DNA from: Eledone cirrhosa
Lineage: Eukaryota
Reading direction: 5' to 3'
DNA: 64,000 nucleotides
NCBI GenBank assembly: GCA_964016885.1
Contig: OZ024740.1
Span: forward strand, 154,628,001-154,692,000
Part shown: positions 1 to 12,789 of the stretch, in pieces
Position numbering within the stretch: the first letter of the stretch is position 1
Layout: every line of letters begins with the position of its first letter
Program-made: the position numbers and the translations under genes
The notes under the pieces: generated by a model
Database searches by the model: none
Told to the model about the DNA's origin: nothing
What the model saw: only the letters and a program-made list of their open reading frames with translations

Positions 1-2340
1 GTCAAGGTTGCTATATCGATTGACAGTGCTTCCCAGGTAGACAAACTGATCAACCACTCCAAGTCGTTTGCCATACACATAGATGTTTGGTTCAGTGTAC
101 TGCTTACCAGGGGCAGGTTGGTACATGACGACGGTTTTCTTGAGACTGACAGTCAGAACTAGGGCAGTGCACGCGTCAGAAAATGCATTCAAAATGTGCT
201 GCATATCACTCTGTGTGTGCGCTACAAGATCGCAATCATCTGCATACAAGAGGTCTCTTATGATTGATGTAAACACTTTTGTCTTCGCAGCAAAGCGCCT
301 GATGTTAAATATGCTGCCTGAGGTTCGATATCGGATGTAAACACCATGCTCGCAATTCCTGAATGCAATACAGAAAACCATTGCAAAGTATATGGCAAAC
401 AGGGTCGGTGCTGGAATATCCCCCTGCTTCACTCCATTTTTTACTGAGATAGGCTCCGATATGTTACCCCGAGATTAACCCAAGCCTTCATGTCGTCATG
501 GAAAGACCTAACTAAAGCAAGGAACTTATCAGGGCAACCAAGTTTCTGGAGAACCTTCCATAATGCATCTCTGTTAACAGTATCGAAAGCTTTTGTCAGA
601 TCGACAAAAACCTGATACAGATCCAAGCCTTGTTCCATGCACTTCTCCTGGAGCTGTCTAGCTGAGAAGATCATATCAGTAGTGCCGCGTCCAGCACGAA
701 AACCAGATTGACTTTCAGGAAGAACACAATCTGCAATGTGTGTCAGCAGACGGTCCAGAAGCACCCTACATAAAACTTTCCCTACGACAGAAAGCAATGA
801 TATACCTCTGTAGTTCCCACAATCGTTCCTGTTACCCTTTCCCTTGTACAAGACCACCATTACTGCATCTCTCCAGTCCTCAGGTACGGATTCATTAGCC
901 CATATCCTGCCAAACAAAGAGTGAAGATGTTGCAGGAGTCTCTCACTACCATATTGTAGGAGCTCAGCATGTATGCCATCCATACCTGGAGATCTTCCAC
1001 TGTTCAGCTTCCAAATAGCCACTGCAACCTCCACAAGCGTCGGAGGTTCTGTGAGAGCTACTTTCACAGGACTTTCTGGAATGAGATTGAGGAAATCTTC
1101 ACTGACGACAGACGGCTGATTCAAAAGATCATCAAAGTGCTCTCGCCACCTTCGTAGAATTCCTTGTGAGTCACGAAGAAGTTCTTTGCCATCCTTGCTG
1201 CGAAGCGGTGTCACCAGAGAAGAAGACGGTCCATAAACCTCACGCAAGAGACTGTACAACAGCTTTGTGTTATTGGAATCAGACGCAGTTTGTATCTCAC
1301 CAGCCTTCTCACTCCACCACTGATCCTTCATCTGCGAAAGACTCCGCCTAACACGTGATTTTACATCCCTGAGTTCCTCCTGCAACGTATTCCTCTCCTG
1401 TGGTTTTGCCGTCAAGTAGCGTGACAGAGCGCGCCTCTTATCAGCCAACAAGTCTTCTATATGTACATCATTCTCATCAAACCAGTCCTGATGTTTCCTC
1501 TGCGCCAATCCCAGAACACGCCTGCCTACATCATAAACCGACTTTTTAAGGGTCGGCCAATCCTCACCAAGATCTGCAGCCTGCATCTCTTCTTCCAATG
1601 TCCTCTTCACATTTTTATCCTTAAGACGAGCAGCATTCAATCTTTTGTGCAGGGCAACACCAGGAGCCCGGATTTTACGTTAAGTGATTAGTTTCACTTT
1701 TGCGCGTACCAGGCGGTGGTCCGTCCAGCACTCAGATCCAGCTCCTCACACATCTGCAGCAGGAGCATACCATTGCTGTTACACTTTTCCACCCCATGCC
1801 TTCCGATTACATTCCATGTGTTAAAATCTCTACCCACTCTAACATTAAAGTCACCAAGCACGAGGACTTTGTCTGCCTGAGGGATATTTCTTAAAACACG
1901 TTTCAAGGCATGGTAAAAGGACATCTTTTCCTCATCGACAGAACTCATAGTTGGAGCATACACACTCACCAGGGTAGCATATCTTCCCTTGTCTAGCGGA
2001 ACTCTCATGGACATAAGACGCTCACTAATCCCTACTGGGAATTCTTCTAATTTGTTCACAAGCACAGTCTTAACAGCAAATCCTACCCCAGCCTCTCTTC
2101 TGGTTCCTTCACCTCTTCCTTTCCAGAAGAATGTATATTCTCCACAAAATTCCGTAAGATGACCATCTCCAGCTAGCCTCGTCTCAGATAAAGCCACGAT
2201 GTCAAGATCGTAACGTCGAAGCTCCTTTGCAACAAGAGCGTTCCTTCGTTCAGGACGCCCCAAGGAATTCCTGTCAAGCAGCGTCCGTACGTTCCAGCAG
2301 CCAAGACTAAATGCCTTGTTTGGCTCTATTACAATGGCAC
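1..2340 (-). mobile_element. RTE-clade (BovB-like) LINE, APE endonuclease plus reverse transcriptase, frameshifted, runs off the window start
   Basis: ORF 1694-2263 has APE motifs (LDIVALSETR, SVYAPT, VLGDFNVRVG). ORF 441-1640 has RT motifs (GNYRGISLLS, QSGFRAGRGTTD, FVDLTKAFD). LYADDC lies near 230-250 in another frame. Confidence 0.92.
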
Positions 2341-2507
2341 GATGACGGGCGGTCCCTTATTGCCAATGATCTTTTTTGTTCCAGAACCTAAATTGCCAAT
2401 TATCTCTTTTATATTGTTCTGGAATATCATTGAATTGGAAAAAAAAAAAAAAGTAATAATAATAGTAATAATAATAATAATAATAGTACACTATTAATAA
2501 TTATTAA

Positions 2508-2909
2508 TGCACTCGTGCAATGCCTGTGCGTGACGAATATTTTTAAAGTGAGGAAAGACTGTGCACTGAGCCAATCCCAGTCTCTGAGCGACAGTAGCTA
2601 TAACCCGAAAAGAAGAAAAGATCAACATCATCGGTAACTACTGAGCCGCAGGTTTTATGTCGGAGTTAACCCAGTTTCCTGAGATGCCTTCTCCTAGAAG
2701 AATGCCCTGACAAGGGCTAGGGGTTCTTCACTCCCAGTGGTTTAACTGCGCGATCGGGCATCCAGCCCGATTATTTCTATGTCCCCGCGCAAAAAAAAAA
2801 TCACTTATTGACACTTATACGTACGACATACACACACGCGCATACATATGCGCGCACACAGCAACACTCATACATACAAACAAACACACACACGCTACTC
2901 TACTCACTT

Positions 2910-2973
<64 letters not shown>

Positions 2974-3113
2974 CCGTCATTACTGATACAAGATTACAAG
3001 ATTATGTCAACTGTTGACTTTCAAGAGTTTGTATAGTTGAAGCCGATCGTACTACAGTCCATACATACATACATACATACATACATACATACATACATAC
3101 ATACATACATACA

Positions 3114-3146
<33 letters not shown>

Positions 3147-3517
3147 GATGATGGCTGCCCCCTCGTTATCGAGTATGGCCATTGCTCGATATACCATTAT
3201 TAATAATTATTAATTAATTCTATCGTGCAATGCCTGTACGTAAAGGTTTTTTTTATTAAAGTGAGGAAAGACTGTGCACTGAGCCAATCCCACTCTCTGA
3301 GCGACAGTAGCTAAAACCCGAAAAGAAGAAAAGATCAATATCATCGGTAACTACTAAGCCGCAGGTTTAATGTTATCCCAGTTTCCTGAGTTGCCTTCTC
3401 CTAGAAGAATGCCCAGACAACGGCTATGGGTCCTTCACTCCCAGTGGTTTAACCGCGCGATCGGGTATCCAGCCCGATTATTTCTATCTCCCCGCGCATA
3501 TACATACACATGTATGC

Positions 3518-3584
<67 letters not shown>

Positions 3585-4410
3585 TGCATACATGTATATA
3601 CATATTTACACATTTTTGGATGGCCGTTGACTCTTATGAGTTCTCCCTCCCTTTGTCAGGTTTTGTTTTTTGTCCTGTAGGGTGTCCAAAATCACCCTCC
3701 TCACCAAGTAAACTTGGTGGGTCTGCCAGTTTAGTCACCGATGATCCGACCATTCGACAGGTTGTACTGGCTTACCTGACATACATACATACATACATAC
3801 ATGGTGGCTGCCAACTCGTTTTCGAGTACGGCCACTACTTTATATCCATATAGGAGAACCCCTACCGATGCGCTGAACGAGTGTGACTTTTTAGTCCAGC
3901 CAGCGACTTGAAAACTCTGGTACAAACACTACACTTGTGACAAATATTGACACATAGTGCTGGGCCCATGGTACCCTGTGACGACAAGTGCAGAGAGATC
4001 TCCAGATATAAAGCAATGCCTGTGCCGTGAAGCTTTTATAGTGAGCAAAGGCACTGCACAAAGCCAGTCCCACTCTCTTAACCAAGATGATATTTACCAA
4101 AAAGAAGAACAAGTCAACATCATTGGATACCATCAGAGTTGCAGGTGTTATATCAGAGTTTTCCTTCTCCTAGAATTCTGCCTTGACAAAGGCTAAAGGG
4201 TCATCTCTCCCGGTGATTTTGGATGGCCATTGACTCTTAAGAGCTCCTTTGCCCTTTGACAGGTCTTGTTTTTAGTCCTGCAGGATGTCCAAAGTCACCC
4301 TCCACACCAAGAAACCTTGGTGGGGTTGCCAGTTTAGTCGCCAACGACCCGACCATGGGTCAGGTTGTACTGGGATACATGTTACCAGTAGCACCAACTG
4401 GTGACCTGAC
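2508..4410 (-). mobile_element. Head-to-tail non-coding RTE-derived repeats (5'-UTR segment plus short 3' tail) separated by (TATG)n
   Basis: 2508-2790, 3222-3497 and 4012-4215 are homologous. 3617-3780 matches 4218-4410. Similar 3' tails at about 3145-3190 and 3800-3840 are followed by (TATG)n on the minus strand. Confidence 0.65.
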
Positions 4411-4721
4411 ATACATACATACATACATACATACATACATACATACATACATACATACATACATACATACATACATACATACATACATACATACATACAT
4501 ACATACATACATAGGAAAAAACTTGAAAATGCAATTGGAGTCTTTAAGAAGATTTATTAAAAATAAATTTACCGATTTCACACTTGGGCGATTTTCCAAC
4601 GTTAAGTGAGATGGAGAGGTAGGTAGCTATGCTGTGATGTCCTACATCTCTTGACATATCACGGCATAGCCACACATATATATATCTTTTTACTCGTGGG
4701 GAATAAAAATCTTTGCTTTCT

Positions 4722-4823
<102 letters not shown>

Positions 4824-4946
4824 GTGTGAGAGATAGAGAGAGAAAGGGAGAGAGAGAGTGTGTGTGTGTATATATGTATGTATGTATATATTTATATAGA
4901 GACAGAGTTGTAGAAAAAATACTGAGGTGTATATGTAGCTGTTCAT

Positions 4947-5553
4947 TGTGGATTGGCAGTATCGGTAGAGAGTCGGACGCCATGCTTTCCAGCATAGTTA
5001 CGTCCCTTTGCGGTCTGAGTTCAAATCCCGCCGAGGTTAACTTTGCCTTTCATCCTTACGGGGTCGATAAAATAAAGTACCAGTAATGTACTGGGTAATT
5101 GCTGGCCTTGTGCCAAAAGTAGAAACAATTATTTAAGACAGCATCAGGGCGGTGGATTGGCAGTATCGGTAGAGAGTCGGACAACATGCTTTGCAGCAAA
5201 GAGTTACGGCCCTTTATTTTCTGAGTTAAAATCCCGCCGAGGTTAACTTTGCCTTCCATCCTTACGGGGTCGATAAAATAAAGTACCAGTCACCCACTGG
5301 TGTTGATTTAATCTACTTTTCCCTCCCCCAAAATTTCTGGCCTTGTGCCTATATAAGAAACCATTATTTAAGACAGTATCGGTAGGGTCCGGATGTCATG
5401 CTTTGCAGTATAGAGTTATGGCCCTTTACGGTCTGAGTTCAAATCCCATCGAGGACAACTTTGCCTTTCATCCTTACGGGTTCGATTAAATAAAGCACCC
5501 GTAATGCACTGAGATAATTGCTGGCCTTGTGCCAAAAGTAGAAACATTTATTT
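4947..5553 (+). mobile_element. Three tandem tRNA-derived SINE copies
   Basis: A-box-like TGGCAGTATCGGTAG, B-box GAGTTCAAATCC, core GCCTTTCATCCTTACGGGGTCGATAAAATAAAGTACC and tail AGAAACAATTATT. The middle copy is flanked by the direct repeat ATTATTTAAGACAG. Confidence 0.85.
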
Positions 5554-5929
5554 CATAACTCCTGGAGACTCAGAATTGGCTTAGTCATTCAAGTGAGAGT
5601 TTAGGGGAATCATTGGAAAGCAAGGGAGTTGAGGGACGAAAGAAAATAATACACGTTAGTATTTACTCGTTAAACTGTCACATTTGCATATTCACAAAAT
5701 GCTTAAATGAAATTAAAAATATTAAAATTTAATTTTGAATATATAAATTTTAATTAATTTTACAGTAATAGCTATGGTAGTATCAGTGAAATTTATTCTC
5801 CGAAAGGGACTATTTGTCTAAAAAGTTTTGAAAAACTCTGCATTAAACTTTCCAATACACACAACAAAATCTTTAAACAATGAAAGAATGGTAGAGTAAG
5901 TATACGCGCGTGCGCACACACTCAAAGAT

Positions 5930-7560
5930 TGCGTATCCAGAGACCTCCAAAGAGGTTTCGGAAGGGCGCAAACCTTCACAATTGGAACCTGGAACATCAC
6001 ATCCCTTACAGGTAAGGAGCAGGAACTAGTGGAGGAGGCTATATACTACCAGCTAGATATACTCGGGGTTTCCTCAACAAAGTTCCGTAACTCTGGTTCT
6101 GTAGATTTGGATGGAGGATGGAAACACTACTATTCAGATGTGGTGTCAGAAATGACTACATAGGCGGGAGGGAGGATACTCACAAGCCCCGGGAGTCAGA
6201 GTATGTTATGGACTTGATCTTATTAGAAAGGAGGATTTGCCTCTTGAAGCTTGGACTGAAAGATAGGTCTCTGTGGGTGGGGCAAGTTAATGCACGAGAC
6301 AAGGAGTCCGAAACAGGTCCATCCTTGATAAAGTCACTGCAGCGTTAGTTGTAGTTGAGACTGAGTTATATATCCTGGTGGAACACTTCAATGCAGATGT
6401 TGGCACGGTACAAGCAGGCACGAAGAATCGCACCAGAGACAGTAAAGGCGTCCAAAGTTAAGGCATGATGTAACTTTGGGTTAAGCTGGACTCCGACTTC
6501 AGATCAGTAAATAAGTATTATGGCAGACCGTCCGCCGACTTTGTAATAAGAAGCCCTCCTCCACCCCTGCTATCAGGAACGCGTCAGGAATCCTCCTCTC
6601 ATCAAAGTGGTGCAACCTTGCAAAGTGGAGGAATACTTTGCTGATCTCCTAAACCCGATCCCTACAGCATCTTCTGATGTACACGAGGTGTATTTTGGAG
6701 CGGTAACTAATCTCTCAGAGGCTGAAGTCACAAGTGAAATGTGGCAAGGCCGCTGCGGAAGATGTAATCCGGCCCGATATGTTAAAAGCCTTCAATAGAA
6801 AAGGTGTTCTCTGACTGGCTCGTACACGCTGTGTGGCCTGGATCTCTGAAAAGGCACCCAAGCAATGGCAATCAGGATTGATAATCCCAATATTCAAAAA
6901 GAGAGACAAGAGAGATTGTTCAAATTATAAAGAGATCCCCTTTAGGCCACTCCGGTAAAGTTTCTGGCAAAGAAATGCAGAGGATTGTCGATTCCAAGCT
7001 ATCTAATAAACAGTGCGGTTTTCGCCCCGGGCGCAGCACAGCCGACCAAATATTCACACTGCAGCAGGTCTTCGAGATATCGTGGGAGTATTGCCAAGAG
7101 GTATATTCTTTTTTTTTTGTCGTCCTTGAAAAGGCATATGACTGCGTTCCTCGGGACCTGCTGTGCAATGTTCTGCAAGAGTATGGGTTCGATAGTCAGC
7201 TTCTTGCTGCCCTAGTGTCTTAATACGAATGCCCGAGTATATGGAAACGATTCAATGGGAAAATCGGTCTCCGCCAAGGGTACATACTGTCACCTCTCCT
7301 GTTCATTATTTACATGAACATGATTGACATGCGCAGCGGGTTTGGAAGTTGAATCATGACTGACGGGTATAAAATCAGTCGGCTGGTATTTGCAGACGAC
7401 ATGGTGTTATTTAACTCGACAGGTGCTTCTGACAGGACCCGTTGGAAGGAGCGTCTGAGCACTTTGCCCTCACGACCATCTCAGGAAGAAGAAGAAGAAG
7501 AAGAAGAAGAAGAAGAAGAAGAAGAAGAAGAAGAAGAAGAAGAAGAAGAAGAAGAAGAAG
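5930..7560 (+). mobile_element. Degraded RTE/Expander-like LINE with (GAA)n tail
   Basis: APE start GTWNITSLTGKEQELVEE near 5985, QCGFRPGRSTADQIFTL and EKAYD in 6975-7223, LVFADDMVL in 7356-7631, and a (GAA)n tail at 7485-7560. Confidence 0.85.
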
Positions 7561-7854
7561 ATATATCGTTGGGATGTCACTCTAGACGCTTTTACAGTCA
7601 GTCGTGTAGATATATGTATCTATGCATATAGATAGTGTATATATCTATACACTATCGTGTATATATCTATACGCTATCGTGTAGATATATGTATGTATGT
7701 ATATAGATAGTGATGCAGACAAATTACTGAGGTGTATATGTGTATCCAATTTTATCGACACGGCTTGAATCGATCAGAGGCTATAATAGACTCACCTTAA
7801 ATACCATGCAGTGGTATCGAACACTAGACTTCATGACTGAGAAACGGTCTTCTT

Positions 7855-8336
7855 AATAATTGTTTCTACTTTTGGCACAAGGCCAGTAATTATCCAGGGC
7901 ATTACTGGTACTTTATTTTATCGACCCCGTAAGGATGAAAGGCAAAGTTAACCTCGGTGGGATTTGAACTCAGAAATAAGTGTTCTACTTTTGGCACAAG
8001 ACCAGTAATTATCCCAGTGTATTACTGGTGCTTTATTTTATTGACCCCGTAAGGATGAAAGGAAAAGTTAACCTCGGCGGAATTTGAACTCAGTTCATAA
8101 AGGGCCGTATGAACTAAGTTCAAATCCCCCTGAGGTTAATTTTGAACTCAGAAATAATTGTTTCTACTTTTGGAACAAGGCCAGCACATACCCAGTGCAT
8201 TACTGGTACTTTATTTTATCGACCCCGTAAGAATGAAAGGCAAAGTTAACCTCGGCGGGATTTGAACTCAGAATGGCAAGGGCCGTAACTCTATGCGTCA
8301 AAGCATGGCGTCCGACCCTCTACCGATACTACCAAA
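7855..8336 (-). mobile_element. Three tandem or nested SINE copies
   Basis: Reverse complement of the SINE core and tail occurs three times. Confidence 0.85.
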
Positions 8337-8438
8337 TGTTGTTGAAACACATATTTACACACCCATTGAAACTGTCAGCTTATCACTGTTTGTTACATTC
8401 TTGATAAAAAGAAAAAATGTTAGTTGGTTTATGTAGTA

Positions 8439-8522
8439 GTCAGGATGGCCGAGCGGTCTAAGGCGCTGCGTTCAGGTCGCAGTCGGGTTTTCCCGGCGTG
8501 GGTTCGAATCCCACTTCTGACA
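8439..8522 (+). tRNA. trnL-CAG: tRNA-Leu, anticodon CAG
   Basis: Acceptor stem GTCAGGA/TTCTGAC(A), D-arm TGGCCGAGCGGTCTAAGG, anticodon arm CTGCG-TTCAGGT-CGCAG (CAG at 8473-8475), long variable arm CGGG-TTTT-CCCG, T-arm GTGGG-TTCGAAT-CCCAC. Confidence 0.95.
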
Positions 8523-8526
8523 ACAA

Positions 8527-8536
8527 TTTTTTTTTT
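8527..8536 (+). terminator. Pol III oligo-T terminator of the tRNA-Leu gene
   Basis: T run begins 4 nt after the tRNA 3' end. Confidence 0.8.
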
Positions 8537-8549
8537 CTTTCTTTCTTCA

Positions 8550-8970
8550 TGAAATTATGTAAAGCTTTCTGGGGAGCACAAATGTTCTAAATATTCTACT
8601 GTGACCACTCCTAACATCTTTCGTTGTACAACCAGCATCAGAAACGTTACGACTCTTTTCCTTGGCTAACAGAAAATTGTTCATCCGCCTTATTCCGCAG
8701 ACCTTGCTCCCTCGGACTACCATTTGTTCCGTATTTCACAGAATCATTTGAATGGATTAACCCTCAAAGCCCATGAGGAAGTCGAAACTACCTTTCAGAG
8801 TTCTTCTCTTCGAAACTGAAAGAGTTTTTCACTAATGGGATCAAAAAGCTTATGAGTATATGGAAAGAAGTCATAGATAATCGTGGAAACTATACTGACG
8901 ATTAACTTTCATTAAAATGTCAGATTTGATCATTTGTTTTCCTTATTCAAAACCCGGACATTACTTATAT
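8550..8970 (+). mobile_element. Mariner transposase 3' remnant
   Basis: About 8682-8732 translates to HPPYSADLAPSDYHLFR, the mariner YSPDLAP(S)D motif. A TIR-like end CGGACATTACTTAT sits near 8955-8969. Confidence 0.85.
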
Positions 8971-9024
8971 ATATGTCTGTGTGTGGAGTTCAAGTTAAGG
9001 AAAAAATACACGAATAATAATAAT

Positions 9025-9434
9025 AATTGTTTCTACTTTTGGCACAAGGCCAGCAATTACCCAGTGCATTACTGGTACTTTATTTTATCGACCCCGTAAG
9101 GATGAAAGGCAAAGTTAACCTCAGCGGGATTTGAACTCAGAATGGTAAGGGCCGTAACTCTATGCGTCAAAGCATGGCGTCCGATCCTCTACCGATACTG
9201 CCAATCTACCGTATAATAATAATAATAATGGTTTCTTATATAGGCACAAGGCCAGTAAATTTAGGTGAGGGGCAGTCGAATAAATTGACCCCAGTGCGTG
9301 ACTGGTACTTTATTTTATCGACCCCGTAAGGGTGAAAAACAAACTTAACCTGGGCGGGATTTGAACTCAGACCGCAAAGGGGCGTAACTCTGTGTTGCAA
9401 AGCGTGACGTCCTTCCTTCTACCGATACTACCAG
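9025..9434 (-). mobile_element. Two tandem SINE copies
   Basis: Full reverse-complement SINE matches including A and B boxes. Confidence 0.85.
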
Positions 9435-9887
9435 TAAATACCAAGTTCAAAAGACCAATATCCAGAGAGGTCCCGATAAAAGTTAAATATATAAGTGTAA
9501 AGCAAATATTTATTATTTAAACAGATTAAAAGTTTAAGCACAAAATCTTTGCTTTCACCTCATTCGTGGGGATCATATGTTACTGTATATATCCTGACTA
9601 CATTCTAAGAATGGTAACTGATCATATAACCGTACCTCGCCCAGATCAGTTAGTGTTATCAACTAATACTTGATACTAATCTGTTTATTGAGGGTATGTG
9701 CACCGAAAAACCAATCATGTTTACATGACTTATTTACCGTGTTTCATTCGTTGTATTTTAGTTCCAATTCAGCCCTGATCGCAATAGATTTGTTTCATAT
9801 GAGGGTTCTATTAGAAAGTCGTCAAAACCGGACGAGTAAAAAGGACATCAGATAAGCAGCTAAGTCAGAAAGCGACTAGTTTGATTC

Positions 9888-9969
<82 letters not shown>

Positions 9970-10670
9970 TTAGTGTGCGTGATTTTCTTGACTCAGTCTT
10001 AGATAGAACAGTCCCAGCTATCTGCTATATATTGGACACGTTTTGTTCGGAGATGAGGGTGGAAAGAATTCCTCCGTGAATAGAGTGGACCTCCATCGGT
10101 TGCGGCTATGACTCTTCCATCAACAGAACAGACTTCTCATGAACGTAACGTGTAAGGAGCTGTGCATAACGTGCCCTTAACGTAATTCTCAGGGAGATTC
10201 AGCGTGTCACAATGTGTGACAAAGCTGACTCTTCGAATTACAAGTACAGTTTATCCGACGGGCCTCTAATTAATTCCGTGTACTCAATTTCACTCACTTA
10301 ACATAGGTGAACCAGAAGCTGTGGTAAATGACACATACCCAAGATGCCACACAATTACTGCGAAGCAAACCGCTTAACAATTCAGACATGGTGCGTCTAT
10401 TCTTCTGTGAATATTGATTACATATATATATAAAGAATTTCGTTCGTTTTTTTATATAAAAACTGAAAAGAAGTAGACGGAGAAGTAAAACAGTTCAAAA
10501 TGCGGTAATATATGACAATAAACTGTACATAAGGCTATGTATAATACTTCCTTAAAAAATGTTTTTAAAAAAGCATGTGTTAAAAATAATTACGCGTGTA
10601 GCAAATTATACATAAAAGTATTACCAATTCGTAATACTCTAATGTGTATATATATGTATACATAGACATA

Positions 10671-10746
<76 letters not shown>

Positions 10747-10775
10747 AAAGAATAGAGGTGTAACACACAAGTTAT

Positions 10776-11161
10776 TATATATTGGTAAACGGAATAGAAA
10801 ATGCTGACAAGTTGTTCACAGTTGAAAAATGGTTTAATTAGGAATAAAAGAGTATTAGTAATTGTATGGGTTAGTATTCAGTTGTGGTTTTAAGTTTTTA
10901 AGTTTTTACCGGTTGCGCATTTCTAAATGCTTTTCAAAAATAATTTTGAGATAGAGTGTCCGTGTTGTTTGCCACGGACACTCTATCTCAAAATTATTTT
11001 TGAAAAGCATTTAGAAATGCGCAACCGGTAAAAACTTAAAAACTTAAAACCACAACTGAATACTAACCCATACAATTACTAATACTCTTTTATTCCTAAT
11101 TAAACCATTTTTCAACTGTGAACAATTTGTCAGCATTTTCTATTCCGTTTACCAATATATA
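10776..11161. repeat. Near-perfect ~190 bp-arm palindrome with 8-nt loop
   Basis: 10776-10964 is the reverse complement of 10973-11161; loop TTGTTTGC. Confidence 0.95.
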
Positions 11162-11170
11162 TATATATAT

Positions 11171-11700
11171 ATATTGTTATACTTGGGGAGGGTCATATTG
11201 TTGTAATAATATTGCCAGAAATAATAACTGTTTCTACTTTAGGCACAAGGCCAGCAATTACCCAGTGCGTTACTGGTACTTTATTTCATCGACCCCGTAA
11301 GGATGAAAGGCAAAGTCAACCTCGGCGGGATTGCCAGAAATAATAACAGAACACACTCACTGTTTGGTTGGTTTTCACTTCTGCATCTTTTATATCTCCA
11401 TAGTTAATTTATTTGGCAATCAATGTTTATCATTGACTGTGCAACGAAAGAATTTTGTTAGACTATATATATATATTTATATCTGTATTTTTAACCGTTG
11501 GTCAGTCAATGATAAATATTGATTGCCAAATAAATTAACTATGGAGATATAAAAGATGCAGAAGCGAAAACCAACCAAACAGTGAGTGTGTTCAGTCATT
11601 ATTTCTGGCAATATTATTACAATAATATGACCCTCCCCAAGTATAACAATATTTGTATCGACACACGATTTCATATCAAAAACCTCGCAAAAATAAAAAA
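11171..11700. mobile_element. Fold-back element (ATATTGTTATACTT-GGGAGGGTCAT family) with a SINE inserted in its left arm
   Basis: Arms about 11171-11438 and 11503-11652 are inverted. A minus-strand SINE fragment at about 11229-11330 is flanked by the duplication TTGCCAGAAATAATAAC. Confidence 0.85.
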
Positions 11701-11727
11701 TTAATAATTATATATCTATATATATGG

Positions 11728-11997
11728 GCGATAAAATAAAGTACCAATCTAGTACTGATGTCAATAAAATAAATTACCAATCAAGTACCTATGTCGATAA
11801 AATAAAGTACCAATCTAGTACTGAGGTTGACAAAATAAAGTACCAATCTAATACTGAGGTTGACAAAATAAAGTACCAATCTAGTACTGAGGTCAATAAA
11901 ATAAAGTACCAATCTAGTACTGAGGTCAATAAAATAAAGTACCAATCTAGTACTGAGGTCAATAAAATAAAGTACCAATCTAGTACTGAGGTTGATT
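11728..11997 (+). repeat. 33-bp minisatellite, about 8 copies, derived from the SINE core
   Basis: Unit GTCAATAAAATAAAGTACCAATCTAGTACTGAG matches the SINE segment GTCGATAAAATAAAGTACCAGT. Confidence 0.85.
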
Positions 11998-12481
11998 TAA
12001 TTGAAATATTTAGAAATTATTATAATCCAACCAGAAATAGAAATCTACGAGAATTTGCGATTTCCCCCACCTGTAGGACGAAAATGATAGGAATATTAAA
12101 ATCACTGCACTCAGATCATATCGTTCTTGATATTTTTAATGCTTTTTATAACAATTTTATGGCGTTAGTAGAGGTTAAATGGGAAATTTTATTGGAATAT
12201 TAATTCGGCCAGGTTGTTAGAAGACGAAATAATAAATATATATTCTTGACTTGTGACTAGGAAATTATATTCTCTAGTATAAAATGCATTCGATACACGG
12301 TCGAAATTTTAAACTGTTTCATTGAACATAAATTTGATTAGTATTTTCATATCTAAAAATATAGAAAAATATATATACTAACATAGCACCTGTCGAAAAT
12401 AGGGGAGTGTATTATAAAAAAAATATGTGAAAACACTTGAAATGTCCGAATTTTCCTTGATTTTTGTAAACTTCAATCAGC

Positions 12482-12684
12482 CTTCTTCTCTTCCTCCTCC
12501 TCCTCCTCTTCTTCTTCTTCTTCTTCTTCTCCTTTTTCTTCTTCTTCTTCTTTTTCTTCTTCTTCTTCTTCTTCTTCTTCTTCTTCTTCTTCTTCTTCTT
12601 CTTCTTCTTTTTCGTCGTCGTCGTCACATCATCGTCGCTGTCGTCGTCTTCTTGGCAGCAACAGCACAGTAGTAGTAGTAGTAT

Positions 12685-12731
<47 letters not shown>

Positions 12732-12742
12732 GTAGTAGTAGT
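12482..12742 (+). repeat. (TTC)n and (TAG)n microsatellites
   Basis: Directly visible trinucleotide runs. Confidence 0.95.
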
Positions 12743-12789
12743 AATTGTCAAGTGATGATTAAGCTTGGCTGTGTAGTTAAGTGCTTTAT

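Noticed and set aside
4947-5132. SINE heads as tRNA genes
   Set aside because: They have A and B boxes but no cloverleaf, and continue into the SINE core and tail.
11724-12203. 159-aa repeat protein ORF
   Set aside because: The frame is open only because a 33-bp SINE-derived unit was amplified.
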